From assembly GCF_004010195.1 (NCBI RefSeq), contig NC_057719.1, positions 6,215,054 to 6,279,053 on the forward strand: 64,000 bases of DNA. Direction: 5' to 3'. Shown here piece by piece: positions 1 through 12,530 of this stretch; position 1 is the stretch's first letter, and each line of letters opens with the position of its first letter. The stretch comes from Chiloscyllium plagiosum. Its lineage: Eukaryota. The notes beneath the pieces are model-generated. The model worked only from the letters and a program-made list of their open reading frames with translations. It had not been told where the DNA came from and did not search any database. The translations under genes and the position numbers were made by a program.

Positions 1-254
1 AAATGAAGAGGTCGAGGGCAGGTAATAGGCCAGCGCAGGGTGTCCAGGTGGATGCAGTGTGTTGGAGGTGGGCGAAGGGGTCCTCGGAAGGTGGGCAGGA
101 GTCATGATTGTGATTCCTTGAGTTGGCATTTGGCTTAATTCCTCGGTTGGCGTTTTGTGTTGGAGGTGGGCGAAGGGGTCCTCGGAAGGTGGGCAGGAGT
201 CATGATTGTGATTCCTTGAGTTGGCATTTGGCTTAATTCCTCGAGTTGGCGTTT
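1..254 (-). mobile_element. Penelope-like ORF fragment with a ~98-bp tandem duplication
   Basis: Minus strand reads HDSCPPSEDPFAHLQHTASTWTPCAGLLPALDLFI, like the pre-RT region of vertebrate PLE ORFs. 58-155 is repeated at 156-254. Confidence 0.55.
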
Positions 255-519
255 GGTTTAATAGCTTTTAATGAGGTCTGTTAGTGACTTACAATGGGTT
301 GTGTGTAATAGCAGACTATGTGATAACAAGACCTGGTATTTGGGGATTGGGGTAACAACATGGGAATGCTCAAACCCTAAAGTTATTGAACTCAATATTG
401 AGTCTGGAAGGCTGCAGGGTTCCCAAGCAGAAAATGCTTGCGCTGAGCTTCGCTGGAGCACTACAGCAAGCCTGAGACAGAAATGTTGGCCAGGGAACAG
501 GGTGATGTGTTAGAGTGGC

Positions 520-855
520 AGGCAATTGGAAGTTCAGTATGTTTTTTTCAAAATAATAGCTTTTCACCCTGCTAGCCAGATTATTATCCACTCCTTTGTC
601 TATCCAACTGTTCTTCTCTCTCTCTGATCTCTATTCCCACCTATTGTTTAGACCTTAGCCCCTCCCCCCCAACCCTATCTTCTGCATGTAAACTGACATT
701 TTCCTAGCTATCATCAGTTCTGAGGAAGGGTCACTCGACTCAACATGTTAACTCTCCTTTCTCTCCATAGATGCTGTCAGACCTGCTGAGCTTTTCCAGC
801 AATTTCTGTTTTTTGTCTGATTCACAGCATCCATAGTTCTTTTAGTTTTTATTGA
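520..855 (+). mobile_element. PLE-type terminal repeat / short non-autonomous element (family C)
   Basis: ctgaggaagggtcactcgactc...agatgctgtcagacctgctgagcttttccagc. Relatives at ~5790, 15860, 23840, 24025, 48655, 62485 and 63575-63960. Confidence 0.6.
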
Positions 856-1019
856 AAATCACAAAGACATCTGTTGGCATATAATAAGTAAAAGAGCGTT
901 TTAAAAAGAAGTAGAGGCAAAAAGGTAATTTACACCTGGATGCAGAAGTATGTCAGAGATATTGAAATAAATACTTGGCATTTATCTTTACAAAAGTGGA
1001 GGATGCTGCCCAGGCTTTA

Positions 1020-1340
1020 CCAAGACTCGTTAGACAGCACCTTCCAAACCAACGACCACCTACATCTCAAAGGATAAGGGCAAAAGATACCTGGGAACAA
1101 TACTGCTCTTAAGTTCCCTGCCAAGCCATTTATCATCCTGACTTAGAAGTGTACTGCTATCCTTCAGTGTCAATGGGTCAGAATCTTGGAATTTCCTCCC
1201 TATGGATATTCTGGGTCTACCTACATCAGATAGGCTACAGTGGTTCAAGAAGGCAGCTCACAATCACCTTCTCAAGGTTAGCTATGGATTGGCAATTAAT
1301 GCTGGGTCCAGCCAGTGGTGTGCATATCCCATGAGTAAAT
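1020..1340 (+). mobile_element. 3' end of a CR1/L2-type LINE (family 2)
   Basis: The same tail (ggttcaagaaggcagctcac...aatgctggg) recurs at ~7480 (-), 12600-13100 (-), 16970-17780 (-), 24640-25015 and 59600-59720. Confidence 0.7.
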
Positions 1341-1369
1341 TTAAATCAAAACCAAAATGCTGATAGAGG

Positions 1370-2490
1370 AGGACACTCTTAGTAGAAGGATTCAAAATTA
1401 ATAAGGAAGATGTCTTGGACAGACTGTTTGTAATTAAAGTTGATAAGGTACCAGGACAGGTCCAGGGTGCCTCCAAGGGTTTTGAAGCAAGTGAGGGTAG
1501 AACTTCTGGGGACACAGGCCATAACGTTTTGTGCTTCCCTGCAGTCAGGGAAGACTGAAGAATTGCAAATATTATAGGCTTGTTCAAGAATGAATAATGA
1601 CTTGGATGAGAACAGTGCCTGTTCTATAGCTAAGTTTGCAGAAGACAAATATAGATGGGAAGGCAAGTGGTGTGTATGACACAGAGTCTGCAGAGGGATA
1701 TAGACAGACTAAGTGAGTAGGCAAAAACTTGAAATGAAATTAGGAAAATGTGAGCTTGTGCACTTTGGTAAGAAGAAAAAAGAAGCTGAATATCATTTGA
1801 ATGTACAGAGGGATTTAGGAATCCATCCAGGAGTCACAAAAGCTGACAGCCAAGTTCAGTAATAGGGAAGCTAAATGGAATGTTGGTCTTTATTTCAAAT
1901 GGAATGGAGTGTAAAAGTAGTGAGGTTTTGCAAAATCTAAACCAGTCAACTTACCAATTAGTCAGACCACAGCGGGAATACTGTGAATAGTTTTGGACCC
2001 CTTATCTAAGGAAAGATGTACTAATATTGGAGATAGTCCAAAGAAAATTCACTAGGCTGACACCAGATATGGAAGAATTTTGTAATGAGGAGAGGTCGAA
2101 TAGGTTGGGTCTGTACTCATTGCAATTCAGAAGTATGAGTGGTAGCCTTGAAACATACAGGATTCTTAGAGGAAGGTCTGGTTTGAAAGCAGAAAGATTG
2201 TTTCCTTTTGTGAGAGAGTCCAAGACCAGAGGGCATAATCCGAGAATAAAGGGATTACAGCTTTGAAACAGAAATGAGGAGAAATTTCTTCGCTCAAAGA
2301 TTAGTGAATCTGTGGAATTCTATACCACAGAGGGCTATCAAGGCTGGTTATTAAGGATGAGGTAGAAGATTTTTAATTAGTAAGGGAATCAATGATTATA
2401 GGGAAAATGCAGGAAAGTAGAGTCGAGGATTATCCAATCACCCATGATCTCATTGAATGGTGGAACACAGTCAATGGGATGAATGACCTA
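1370..2490 (+). mobile_element. Degraded CR1-type LINE RT and 3' end
   Basis: VQRKFTRL...LGLYSL...ESKTRGH motifs, with frameshifts. Confidence 0.85.
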
Positions 2491-2639
2491 CTTGATTTGA
2501 TTTTGATTTGATTTATTGTACTCACATGTACCACCACTGTTTTGCGAGCAGTACAGGCAGATCATAAAGTGCTTAGACAGAGTGAGACACACAAGGTCCC
2601 ACTTATGCTCCAAAGTCTTGTGGTCTGAAGAATCCCTGC

Positions 2640-2980
2640 AATTACCAGCCAATCAATTTATCCTAGGACAAGCCAAACAGAGACACGCACGAGAAATCTT
2701 AGAAGCATGGCATTCCAACCGGAACTCTTATCAACAAACACATTGACTTGAACCCCATTTACCACCCCCTGAGAAAAAGAACAGGAAATGACTTCACCAT
2801 AAAAATGATGTCACTACAGGAAATGACACCACCAACACAAGGAAACCCAAACTAATAAATAGAAAGCAGGAAACACCAGCAGTGTTTCGTCCGGAGGCTC
2901 ACTGAAGATGTTACCTAGTATGGTGCTGAAATGTCTGAAAGTGAACGTTCCAGCTCAGTGAGCAAACCTACATCCAGAAT
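2640..2980 (+). mobile_element. Penelope-like element 3' end (GIY-YIG C-terminus plus terminal repeat, family D)
   Basis: ILGQAKQRHAREILEAWHSNRNS, followed by a CTGAAGA...GAAATGTC hammerhead-like motif at 2902-2935. Confidence 0.7.
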
Positions 2981-3009
2981 CAATTTATCTTCTGTTTTGG
3001 GAAGCTTCC

Positions 3010-3910
3010 AGAAATAATTGTGAAGACTTGTACTTCAGAATTTGCAACTCCCCTAGCCAAGCTCTTCCTGTACAGTTATAACACTGGTATCTACCTGACA
3101 ATGTGGAAAATTGCCCAGGTATGTCCTGCACATAAAATAGGAGGATAAATCTAACCCGGCCAATTACCGCCCCATCAGTCTACTCTCGATCATCAGTAAA
3201 GTTATGGAAGGGGTCATCAATAGTGATATCAAGCAGCACCTGCTCAGCAAGAACCTGATAGTGATGAGATGGAAATGTGTTGCTGGAAAAGCGCAGCAGG
3301 TCAGGCAGCGACCTGCTGCGCTTTTCCAGCAACACATTTCCATCTCTGATCTCCAGCATCTGCAGACCTCACTTTCTCCTGATAGTGATGCCCAGTTTGG
3401 GTTCTGCCAGGGCCATTCAGCTCCTGACCTCATTTCAGCCTTGGGTTCAAACATGGACAAAAGAGCTGAAGTCTAGAGATGAGGTGAGAGTGACAACCCT
3501 TGACATCAAGACTGCATTAAATTGAGTGTGACCACTAACAAAACTGGAATCAGTGGGCATCAGGGGCAAACTCTCTGCTGCTTGGAGTCATACCTGGTAC
3601 TAGGAAGATGGTTAGAAATGTTGGAGGTCAGTCATCGCAACTCCAGGATATCTTTGCAGGAGTTTATTGGGCTGTGTTTTGGGCCCGATCATCTTCAGCT
3701 GTTTCATCATTAACCTTCCCTCTATCATAAGGTCAGAAGTGGGGATGTTCACTGATAATTGCACAATGTTCAGCACCATTCGCAAGAACTCAGATTCTGA
3801 ATAGTTCAAATGCAACAAGATCTGGACAATATCCAAACTTGGGCTGACAAGTGACAAGTAACATTAGCACCACAAATATGCCAGGCTATAATCATCACCA
3901 ATCACAAATA
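3010..3910 (+). mobile_element. CR1/L2-type LINE RT fragment (family 2), interrupted by a fold-back PLE insert
   Basis: NPANYRPISLLSIISKVMEG, QFGF and LDIK RT motifs. Confidence 0.85.
3267..3377. mobile_element. Fold-back PLE-type short insertion (family A) with 13-bp TSD
   Basis: CCTGATAGTGATG at 3254-3266 and 3378-3390. Perfect 37-bp inverted repeat at 3266-3302 / 3310-3346. Confidence 0.85.
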
Positions 3911-5369
3911 GCCCTTAAGTAGCTTGTGAGGCCACTTCTGAGGGTAGTTAAGAGTCAACCATATTGCTGTGGGCCTCGAGTGATGTGTAGGCCAAACTAG
4001 GTCAGGATACCACATTTCATTCCCTAAAGGACAGTATCAAATCAGAAGGGTTTTTATATCCATCAATATGGTGACATGATCAAAATTATGGTTACATGAT
4101 CAACAACATCAACATTTTCGCAGAGTTGAAATGTGTATTACTGTGGGGTATGTTGTGAGAGGGGGAAAGTTCAAAGGAGATGTGAGGGCAAGTTTTTTAC
4201 ACAGAATGGTAGGAGTCTGGAATGAGGTGCCAGGAATGATGGTGGAGGCAAATACGATAGGGCTATTTAAGGGCCTTTTAGATATGCACATGAATATATA
4301 AGAAATAGAGGGATATAGACTAAGGTCAGGTCGAAGGTATTAGTTTAATTTGGTGTCACACTCGGCACAACATAATGTTCCAAAAGGCCCGTTCATGTGT
4401 GCTATACTGTTCTATGTTCTATTAGCTTTAATTCCAGATATTTGTTGAATTCAAATTTTACTCTCTGCCATGGTGGAATTTGAACTCTTATTGCTCGAGT
4501 ATTATCCTAGGGTACTGTACATTGACATTACCACACATCACTTTCCCAAAATGCTATTGCAGAAACATTACGCATCAGAATATTTTAGTCAGTAGATAGA
4601 TTCTGGCATTAAAATTAATGGATATTGGTGCTAAAGTTTGGGATGATTTAGGTGGGTCATATAAATTAAGAGGTGAAATAGAAATAAACTGAGTTTTCTG
4701 ATATTTATCCTGCAACTTACAAGCTTCCTGTAATTGTCTTGGTCAATAAGCATATCTTTGCTGAAGCAGGAAACAGAGAGCTGTGAGTGAAACAACACTG
4801 TAGTTAACATCATTCTTGTACTGTCATCAGTTGCATGAGGACCTGGGAGACAGATTTGGGAGTGGGGGGAGGGTGGAAGAGGGAAGAATTGAGTTTGAAA
4901 AGTGATGAGTCTTGGGTCTAATACATAGACGTCATGTAGAAATAGTAAATGGGGAGATGAGGAAACAGAGATAGCACTAAAATTATGGTTGGTTTACACT
5001 GAATGAGTGAAACTCAATTTGACATTTCTTAAAATCATGCACATTGCATGAAGGACACACAAATCACAAAATTCTCTTCCTTGTTTATATTACACATTGA
5101 TTTCCTGTGTTAATTTAAGCTTTCTCTTAAACTGTGAGACAACATAATAAATTTATTTCATACAGGTACATTATTGCAGAATGCACCTTAATAGTCAGAA
5201 ATGTAGAATAACTTAATGTATGGTTATGTGACAGTGACTCCATTGGTTTGGTAATTTGACTGCACAATGGAGCAGTAAAATCAACAACTCTCAAAAGATA
5301 AATGCTGCAAAGATTCAACTTCTAACTGTTAGGAAATGTTTAAAACTCAAAATCATTTGACAAGTCAGT

Positions 5370-8300
5370 AGATTGGTCAGAATATAAACCAGAGTAAATG
5401 ATAACTAAGAAATTAATGAGCCTAGAATTGAAGTATGAAAGAAAGCTAGTTACAAATGTAAACATAGTAAGAATTTCTGTAGATAGTTTAAAAAGAGAAT
5501 TAACAATGTTAGGAATGGTTCAATAGAAAATGAGTCTGGGGAAATAATGAAAATGATTAGAAGACGGACAAAGTGAACATGTATTGTGCACCAGTCTTCA
5601 CTAAAGATACATCCCAGAAATAGCTGTAAGTCAAGAAATGAAAGGGAGGGAGGAACTCAAGAAAACTGCAATCATTAGTGAAGTGGTATTGATCCAATTA
5701 TTGAAGCTGCAGCCTGACAGGGTCCCGGGTCCTGATGGACTTCATCCTAGGACTTAATAGAAGTAGCTAATTAAATAGCTCTGAATAGTCTGAAGAATAG
5801 TTACAGGAACTTGAAACATTAACTCTGGTTTCTTTCCTCAGATGCTACTAGACCTGTTGAGTCTCTCCAGCAATTTCTGTTTTTGTTTGAAATAGTTTAT
5901 GCATTATTTTTAATGTTCAAAACTTTGTTGTTTCAGAGGAGGTTCCTTTTGATTGGAAGATAATGAATATAACTCCTTTAGTCAAAGGGAGACAGAAAGC
6001 AGAAAACAACAGGTCATTTAGTTTAACATGTTGTAAGGAAAATGTTAGAAGCTATTATTCAGTGCCTATTATGTAATGGAAAGACACTTAGAAAAGTTCA
6101 AGTTATTTGGGCAGATTCAGCATGGTTTTATGAAAGCAAAATCACATTAAACCAGTTTATTGGAGTTCTTTGAGGAAGTAGCATGCAGTGGATCAAGTGG
6201 AATTGGTAAGTGCACTGTACTTAGATTTCCAAAAGGCAGTTGATAAGTTTTCAAAAGGTGAAAAATAGAAGCTCATGATGTAGGGTGTAATATCTTTGCA
6301 TATTATGGTAATATTTGAAACATTTAGCTGGCGCGGCAAGGTGGCACAGTGGTTAGCACTGCTGCCTTACAGCACCAGAGACCCAGGGTCAATTGCAGCC
6401 TCAGGCAATTGCCTGTGTGGAGTTTGCACATTCTCCTCTTGTCTGTGTGGGTTTCCTACGGATGCTCCGGTTTCCTCCCACAATCCAAAGATGTGCAGGT
6501 CAGGTGAATTGGCCATGCTAAATTGCCTGTGGTGTTAGGTGCATTAGTCAGAGGGAAAATGGGTCTGGGCAGGTTACTCTTCGGAGGGTCGGTGTGGACT
6601 GGTTGGGCCAAAGGGCCTGTTTCGACGCTGTAGGGAATCTAATCTAACAGGGAACAGGAAGTCGATATAAAGGGTAATTTTCTAGTTGACAAACTGTAAA
6701 AAGTGATCTGCTACAAGGATCATTGCTGGGGTCTGAGTTTTTTACAATTTGTATTAATGATTTAGAGGAAGGGACTGAGATTTTCTGATTACATAAAGCA
6801 AGTAAGTTGAGAAGAGGGCGTAGAAAGGTACAAAGGGATATCGATAGGTTAGGTGAGAGGGAAAGATGTGGAAAAATGTGACTGTCCATTTTGGCAGGAA
6901 GACTAAAAAGCATGTTATCTCATGGTGAGAGCTTGTAGATCTTTAAGATAGAATCACAGAGATCTTCAGCACGGAAAATTCAGCCCATCATGTCTATGCT
7001 CCAGTCCAGATAACTAACTATTCAAAAGCCATTTTTCAGCACTTGGCCCATATGCTTCTAAATACGTCTTAAATGTTATGAGGGTTTTTGCCTTTGCCAC
7101 CCTTCAAGATTCCCACCATACTTTTTTCATTGCCTCCCCTCTAAATCTTCTGTCCTTTAAATTTATGCCCTTGGTCATTGATCCCTCCATCAAGGTGAGC
7201 ATTTTCTTCATGTCTATTCTATCTATGTCCATCATAAGTTTAAACATCTAAACCATATCCCCTTTCATTCTCCTCTGTTCTAAAGAAAACGCCCCCAGTC
7301 TGTTCAATCTCTCTTCATGACTGAAACTCTCCAGCCCAGGTAATATCCTGGTAAATTTCTTCTGTACATTCTCTAGTGTGGATTCCAGAACTGCACACAA
7401 TATTCTAGCTGTGGCCTGAACATTTTATACAGTTCCAGCTCTTAACCTCTATGCCTCGGCAAATCTCTTAAATTTATTCACAGGGTGAGGGCAGGCAGCA
7501 TTTATTGCCCATCCTAATTGCCCAGAGGGCAGTTATGAGTCAACCACATTGTTATGAGTTTAGAGTCACATGTCGGTCAGACCATATAAAGATGGCAGTT
7601 TCCTTCCCTAAAGGACATTCATGAACCAGATGGGTTTTTCCAACAGTTGGCAATGGATTCATGGTCAACATTAGCTTCTTAATTCAGATTTTTTAAAAAT
7701 TGAATTCAAATTTCACCGTCTGCTCTGACAGATTTAAACTCGGGTCCCCAGAACATTATCTGGGTCTCTGGATTAACAGTCTAGTGATAATACCACATGG
7801 CCTTTGCCTCCTCCTAATAACAGCAAGTATCCCATGTGCCTTTCTAAACACTTTATTTACCTGTCCTGATACCTTAAGGGACTGGAGTATATAAACACCA
7901 AGGTCCCTCTGATCCCCGGTGCTTCCCAGGGTTCTACCATTCATCATAAATTCCCTTGCCTTACCCTGCCCAAGTGCATCACCTCACATTTATCTGGATT
8001 GAACTCCAATGGAGATGCAAAGGGATCTCCATGGGAATTCAATCATAGAACGTTAGTATGCAGGGACTGCAAGTTATTAGGAACACCAATAGAATGTTAG
8101 TGTTTATTGCAAGAGGAATTGAATGCAAAGTAGGGAGATAATGCTTCAGTTATGCAGGGAACTGGTGAGATTATTGGTCTCCTTATTTAAGGAGGAATGG
8201 AAATGCATTGGAAGCAGTTCAAGAAGATTTACTGGATTAATAGTTGGAATGGGCAGAATGTCTTGTAAGGAAATGTTGGTCAGATTGACTTGTTAAGAAA

Positions 8301-8700
8301 TGTTGGACAAGGCTGAGCTTGTATCTGTTGGAGTTTAGAAGACTAAGAGGCAACTTGCCTGAAACAGTAAGACCCTGATCAGTCATAGCAAGGTGGGCAT
8401 GGAAATAATGTTTCCTCTTATTGGAGAATCTAGAACTATAGGGGTCAGTGTTTTAAAATAAGACATCGCCCAGTTAAGATAGAAATAAGATTTTTTTTTC
8501 CTCTCTCAGGACCTTGAGTCTTTGACACTCTTTTTCAAAAATCAGTGACAGCATAATCCTTGAATATTTTTAAGGTGGGGTTGATAGTTCCTTGGTAGGC
8601 AAGGAAGTGAAAGATAATCGGGAGTAGATAGGTATGTGGAGTAATCAAATCATTCATGAACTCTTTGAATAATGGAGCAGGATCAAGGGACTAAATGACC
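5370..8700 (+). mobile_element. Old CR1-type LINE with nested inserts (HE1 SINE; minus-strand CR1 ~6950-8010)
   Basis: Remnants of GPDG, QHGF, LDF and QGS RT motifs in order on +. The minus-strand piece reads NGRTLGS...QRDLGV. Confidence 0.75.
6332..6645 (+). mobile_element. HE1-type tRNA-derived V-SINE
   Basis: A-box head ggtggcacagtggttagc, V-core gtttcctcccacaatccaaagatgtgc, CR1-like tail ending aatctaatcta. Confidence 0.88.
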
Positions 8701-9384
8701 TTTTTTGTTTGAATGTGAAACTGATTTGTTGAATATGTACTATGCAATTAATATACTTTGAGTAAATCTGCAAAATGTTGAAGCAAAAGATTTTACAACA
8801 GAAAAAAAAGACCATGAAACATTCAGACATGAAAGTTTATTGTCATTGTGAGCCTACAAAGCTCCCTTCATAGCATCAATAACCTATAATTGGTGCTAAG
8901 CTGGTCACAACAATGAGACTTTGTACTGTTTGTTAAAGAGACAAGGCATATTAGGCTCAGTTTCAACATTGCAGTAAAATAAGACATTAAAATCATAAAA
9001 CAAATTCTAAGTTATCTGACTTTACCAGGATTGATATTTTGTCGATACACAAGTCAATGTGCATTCAGGAATCAAAAATAGGGGAAAGATAAATTTACCT
9101 TTGAACCTGATTTGGACCTTGAGTCCAATCCACCATAAATAAATCCTTGCTCTACTTTGTGATTCCAGATCCTCCTGATGTCTCACAGGGCTTATTCAAA
9201 CGTGTAGTTCAACAACTGTGATAATGAAGAGTCTAAATTCAACTTACAGTTAATTGACTGGTCTTAACTGAGGGGCAGGAGAAACATTACAATTGGCAAC
9301 TTTGTCATCTTTGTTCAGGAGGAGAAATTTCCTCCAGCAATTTGAGCTCATAAACTAGGCTAACACTCCTTCCTAAAAGAATTC

Positions 9385-9705
9385 TGCATTGTGGGAGTGT
9401 CTGTCTTTCAGATAAGATATTAAACTGAGTCTGCCATCTCAGGTGGATGTAAAAGATTCCATTACACTATTCGTGGGAAGTTCTTTGTAGTATTGTGGAC
9501 AAAGATTTGCCAATCAAACAATATCACAAAAAGCAGATTACCTGTATGTTTTCACATTGCTTTGCAGGAGCCTGATGTATGCAAAATAGTGGTAGGGTTT
9601 CCCTACATTAAAGCACTATCTACACTTCAAAATTATTTTGCTGGTTATAAAGCACCTTGGACTATCCCTGAGAGTGTGATTGGCTTTATCATGGTACAAG
9701 TTCTG
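9385..9705 (+). mobile_element. Deu-domain SINE (SacSINE1/AmnSINE1-like), old
   Basis: tctttcagataag...ctcaggtggatgtaaaagattcca...cacttcaaaa match the recalled Deu-domain consensus. Other remnants at ~11580 (-), 16100-16390 (-) and 29890-30365 (+). Confidence 0.7.
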
Positions 9706-12116
9706 TTAATCAGCAGCAGAGTTTTCAACTATCACAGCCTTACTCCATCTCTCCCATCCAGTACTGGCTTCTCAAAAAGTGATACTTACAACAACACTTT
9801 TGTTCATTTTCATAACTCTTGTCCACATACCTGCTGGCAATGTGCCTTGGGACATGTTTGCTATGTTTGAGACGACTTGTTGTTGATAAGGATTCAGTCT
9901 TTCATAACATCACATTTTTTCCATAAGACAAAGCTATTTTCCTATTTGCTTGTGGATGTAAGCAAGCTGTAAAATCACATTTATGACTTAGACCCAGTTG
10001 TCTTCACAACCAGGTCACAGAAATTATTTCTTTACATACTTGCCTCATCAGTTCATTTTGAATGATGTTAGGGATCAACTAATCATGTGAAACGAGTCAA
10101 ATGTGGACCTGACCAGACCATGGGGTAAACAGGATTCCTAACCAGAAAGACATTTGTGAACAGTTGGGTCTTTCAGAATATCTTATTGTGCCCATGACCA
10201 ATTTTGGATATAACAAATAATGGAAGTCTTCACTTTTTCGGCTTATTTTTAGTTTGAAGTGAAACAGACGTGGCCTGTAGGAAGTTTAACTTAAGGACAT
10301 ATCATGGACTTGACTTAGCTTTTGAGAATGTTCACCCACTTTCTCCCATGTTGCAACCCTACTGCTGCCACATTCCAACTTTAATCGGAGGTCTACACTT
10401 CATCTCGACTTGTAATCTCGGCTTATTAATGGTTTGGTAACAAGTGGGCTGCTTGACAATATGTGTTTTTCTCTTTAACCCTCCTGAGATACAGCCACCT
10501 ACACCAACAAAATGAATCACTGTGAGGAACTAGCAACTTAAAGATAGGCACTTCTTCTTTCACTTGTCATTATGCTTCAGAAGACTTGTCTTTCACTTTC
10601 AGGACTGAAGTTGGGAGAGACACATTTGCTGAAAGCTTGGCCAACATGTCAGAAAAAACTACAATAAGAAAGAAACATCTATAATTAAATGGATTCACGC
10701 TATTTAAAAAAATCATACATTAAATAACAATATTTAATATTTTCCTTCAGTTCCCTGCCCAAAGGCAGTCAAACCTACTGTGATTTCACCATGGCCAAGA
10801 CAAGGAGGCAGGTCCTGAATCCAACCCAGCCAGAAACGGATCAAACCTCATGCTGTGGTTACCTATGGCTGTCAGCCGTATAAGCCAGCCAGCCAGCCCC
10901 CCCCCCCGCCAAGGAGTTCGAGTTGCTGTGACAACAAGCACTTGTACCTGCAATTTGTATTCCAGAGCTATGGACGATGATGGTAAAAGCACTAATTTTC
11001 TTGCCGACACACGGCTGCCCAGGAATCTTTCCTGCTGTCACTACTTGACATGTGCATGTGTTGGAAGGACTTACAAACTGACACTAAGCCTGTGTGGTCA
11101 CTTTATGGATTTGCCCTCATTGGTCATCAAATCCTGATGTGGGACTTGAACCTGGAACTTTTGGCTCAGGGACAGGGACACTAACCACTGTACCACAAGA
11201 CTGCCTAATGATGGTATTAAATATTAATTTAAACCTAAATTGATTCTAATACAGTATTGATGATTAATTATTAATGTTTAATTATAACAGTGGTATATGA
11301 TGAGTAGTAACAGTCTGACATAAACATTTATTGCAAAAACTAATTTAAAAAGCTGCCCATTGAGAATTATTTGAAGTTGGGAATTCCTAAAAGAAAAGTC
11401 CAGTTCTGCACTACCCCTACTATTAAGTCACCGTTCAAGTTATTTGTTTATAACTTTTTAAAAGAAAATCTTGCTATTTTATTGATCATCATTGAAACAT
11501 CTTGAAGCACTTCAGTGAATTTCTTTCCGAGTACAGTGGCTTGTTATGAAGGGATCAACCATGATGAGATTAATAGTCAAGTTAATCTGTTTTGGTGGTG
11601 CTGGGTGACAGAGGAATGTTGGCCCAGGACACTAGAAAAACATTGCATTGTGCTAGGAGCGGGCTTCAGCTTAACAACCAATAAATCCATATAGTTTAAA
11701 GATATGGTCATAAAAACTGTGGAAGAAGAAAATAATCTTTGTCTATATATAGACATTGTTGGACAGATTATTGACCCTGTTACCTCAATTTTGTCAGTGT
11801 CACATTGACTTAACAGTGAAAGCAAGAAACAGATGACAGTAGCGAGTCTGTTATAATGATTTCATTTCTGAGCATTTACATCATTGATTATGTTCACCAC
11901 TAAAACATCCCTGCAGGCATATTCACCCAGCAGATGATGCCATTCATAACTGGAAACAATTGGATTATGTACTCTGTCACTTGCCTAAAATGGCAAATGA
12001 GACAACACAAAGTCTTCAAAAAGCTGATGTACCTCAAAGTCACAAACACTGCGGGATAACCAAACTGCCGACTTAAATCAATTTATAAATTTAAACAGAG
12101 TAAATGTACCATCATT

Positions 12117-12530
12117 ATAGAGTCATAGAGATGTACAGCATGGAAACAGACCCTTTGATCCAACCCGTCCATGCCGACCCGATATCCTAGCCCAATCTAG
12201 TCCCACCTGCCAGCACCCGGTGCATATCCCTCCAAACCCTTCCTATTCATATACCTATCCAGATGCCTTTTAAATGTTGCAATTGTACCAGCCTCCACCA
12301 CTTCCTCTGGCAGCTCATTCCATACACGTACCACCCTTTCCGATAGGAAGGAGACCAGAATTGCATGCAATATTCCAACAGCTGCAACATGAACTCCCAA
12401 CACCTGTACTCAATACTCTGACCAATAAAGGAAAGCATACCAAACGCCTTCTTCACTGTGCTATCTACGTGCGACTCTACTTTCAAGGAGTAATGTACCT
12501 GCACTCCAAGGTCTCTTTGTTCAGCATTAC
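12117..12530 (-). mobile_element. HER1/CR1 3' end with an internal deletion
   Basis: VWNELPEEVVEAGTIATFKRHLD and the tagagtcatagag tail. Confidence 0.9.
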
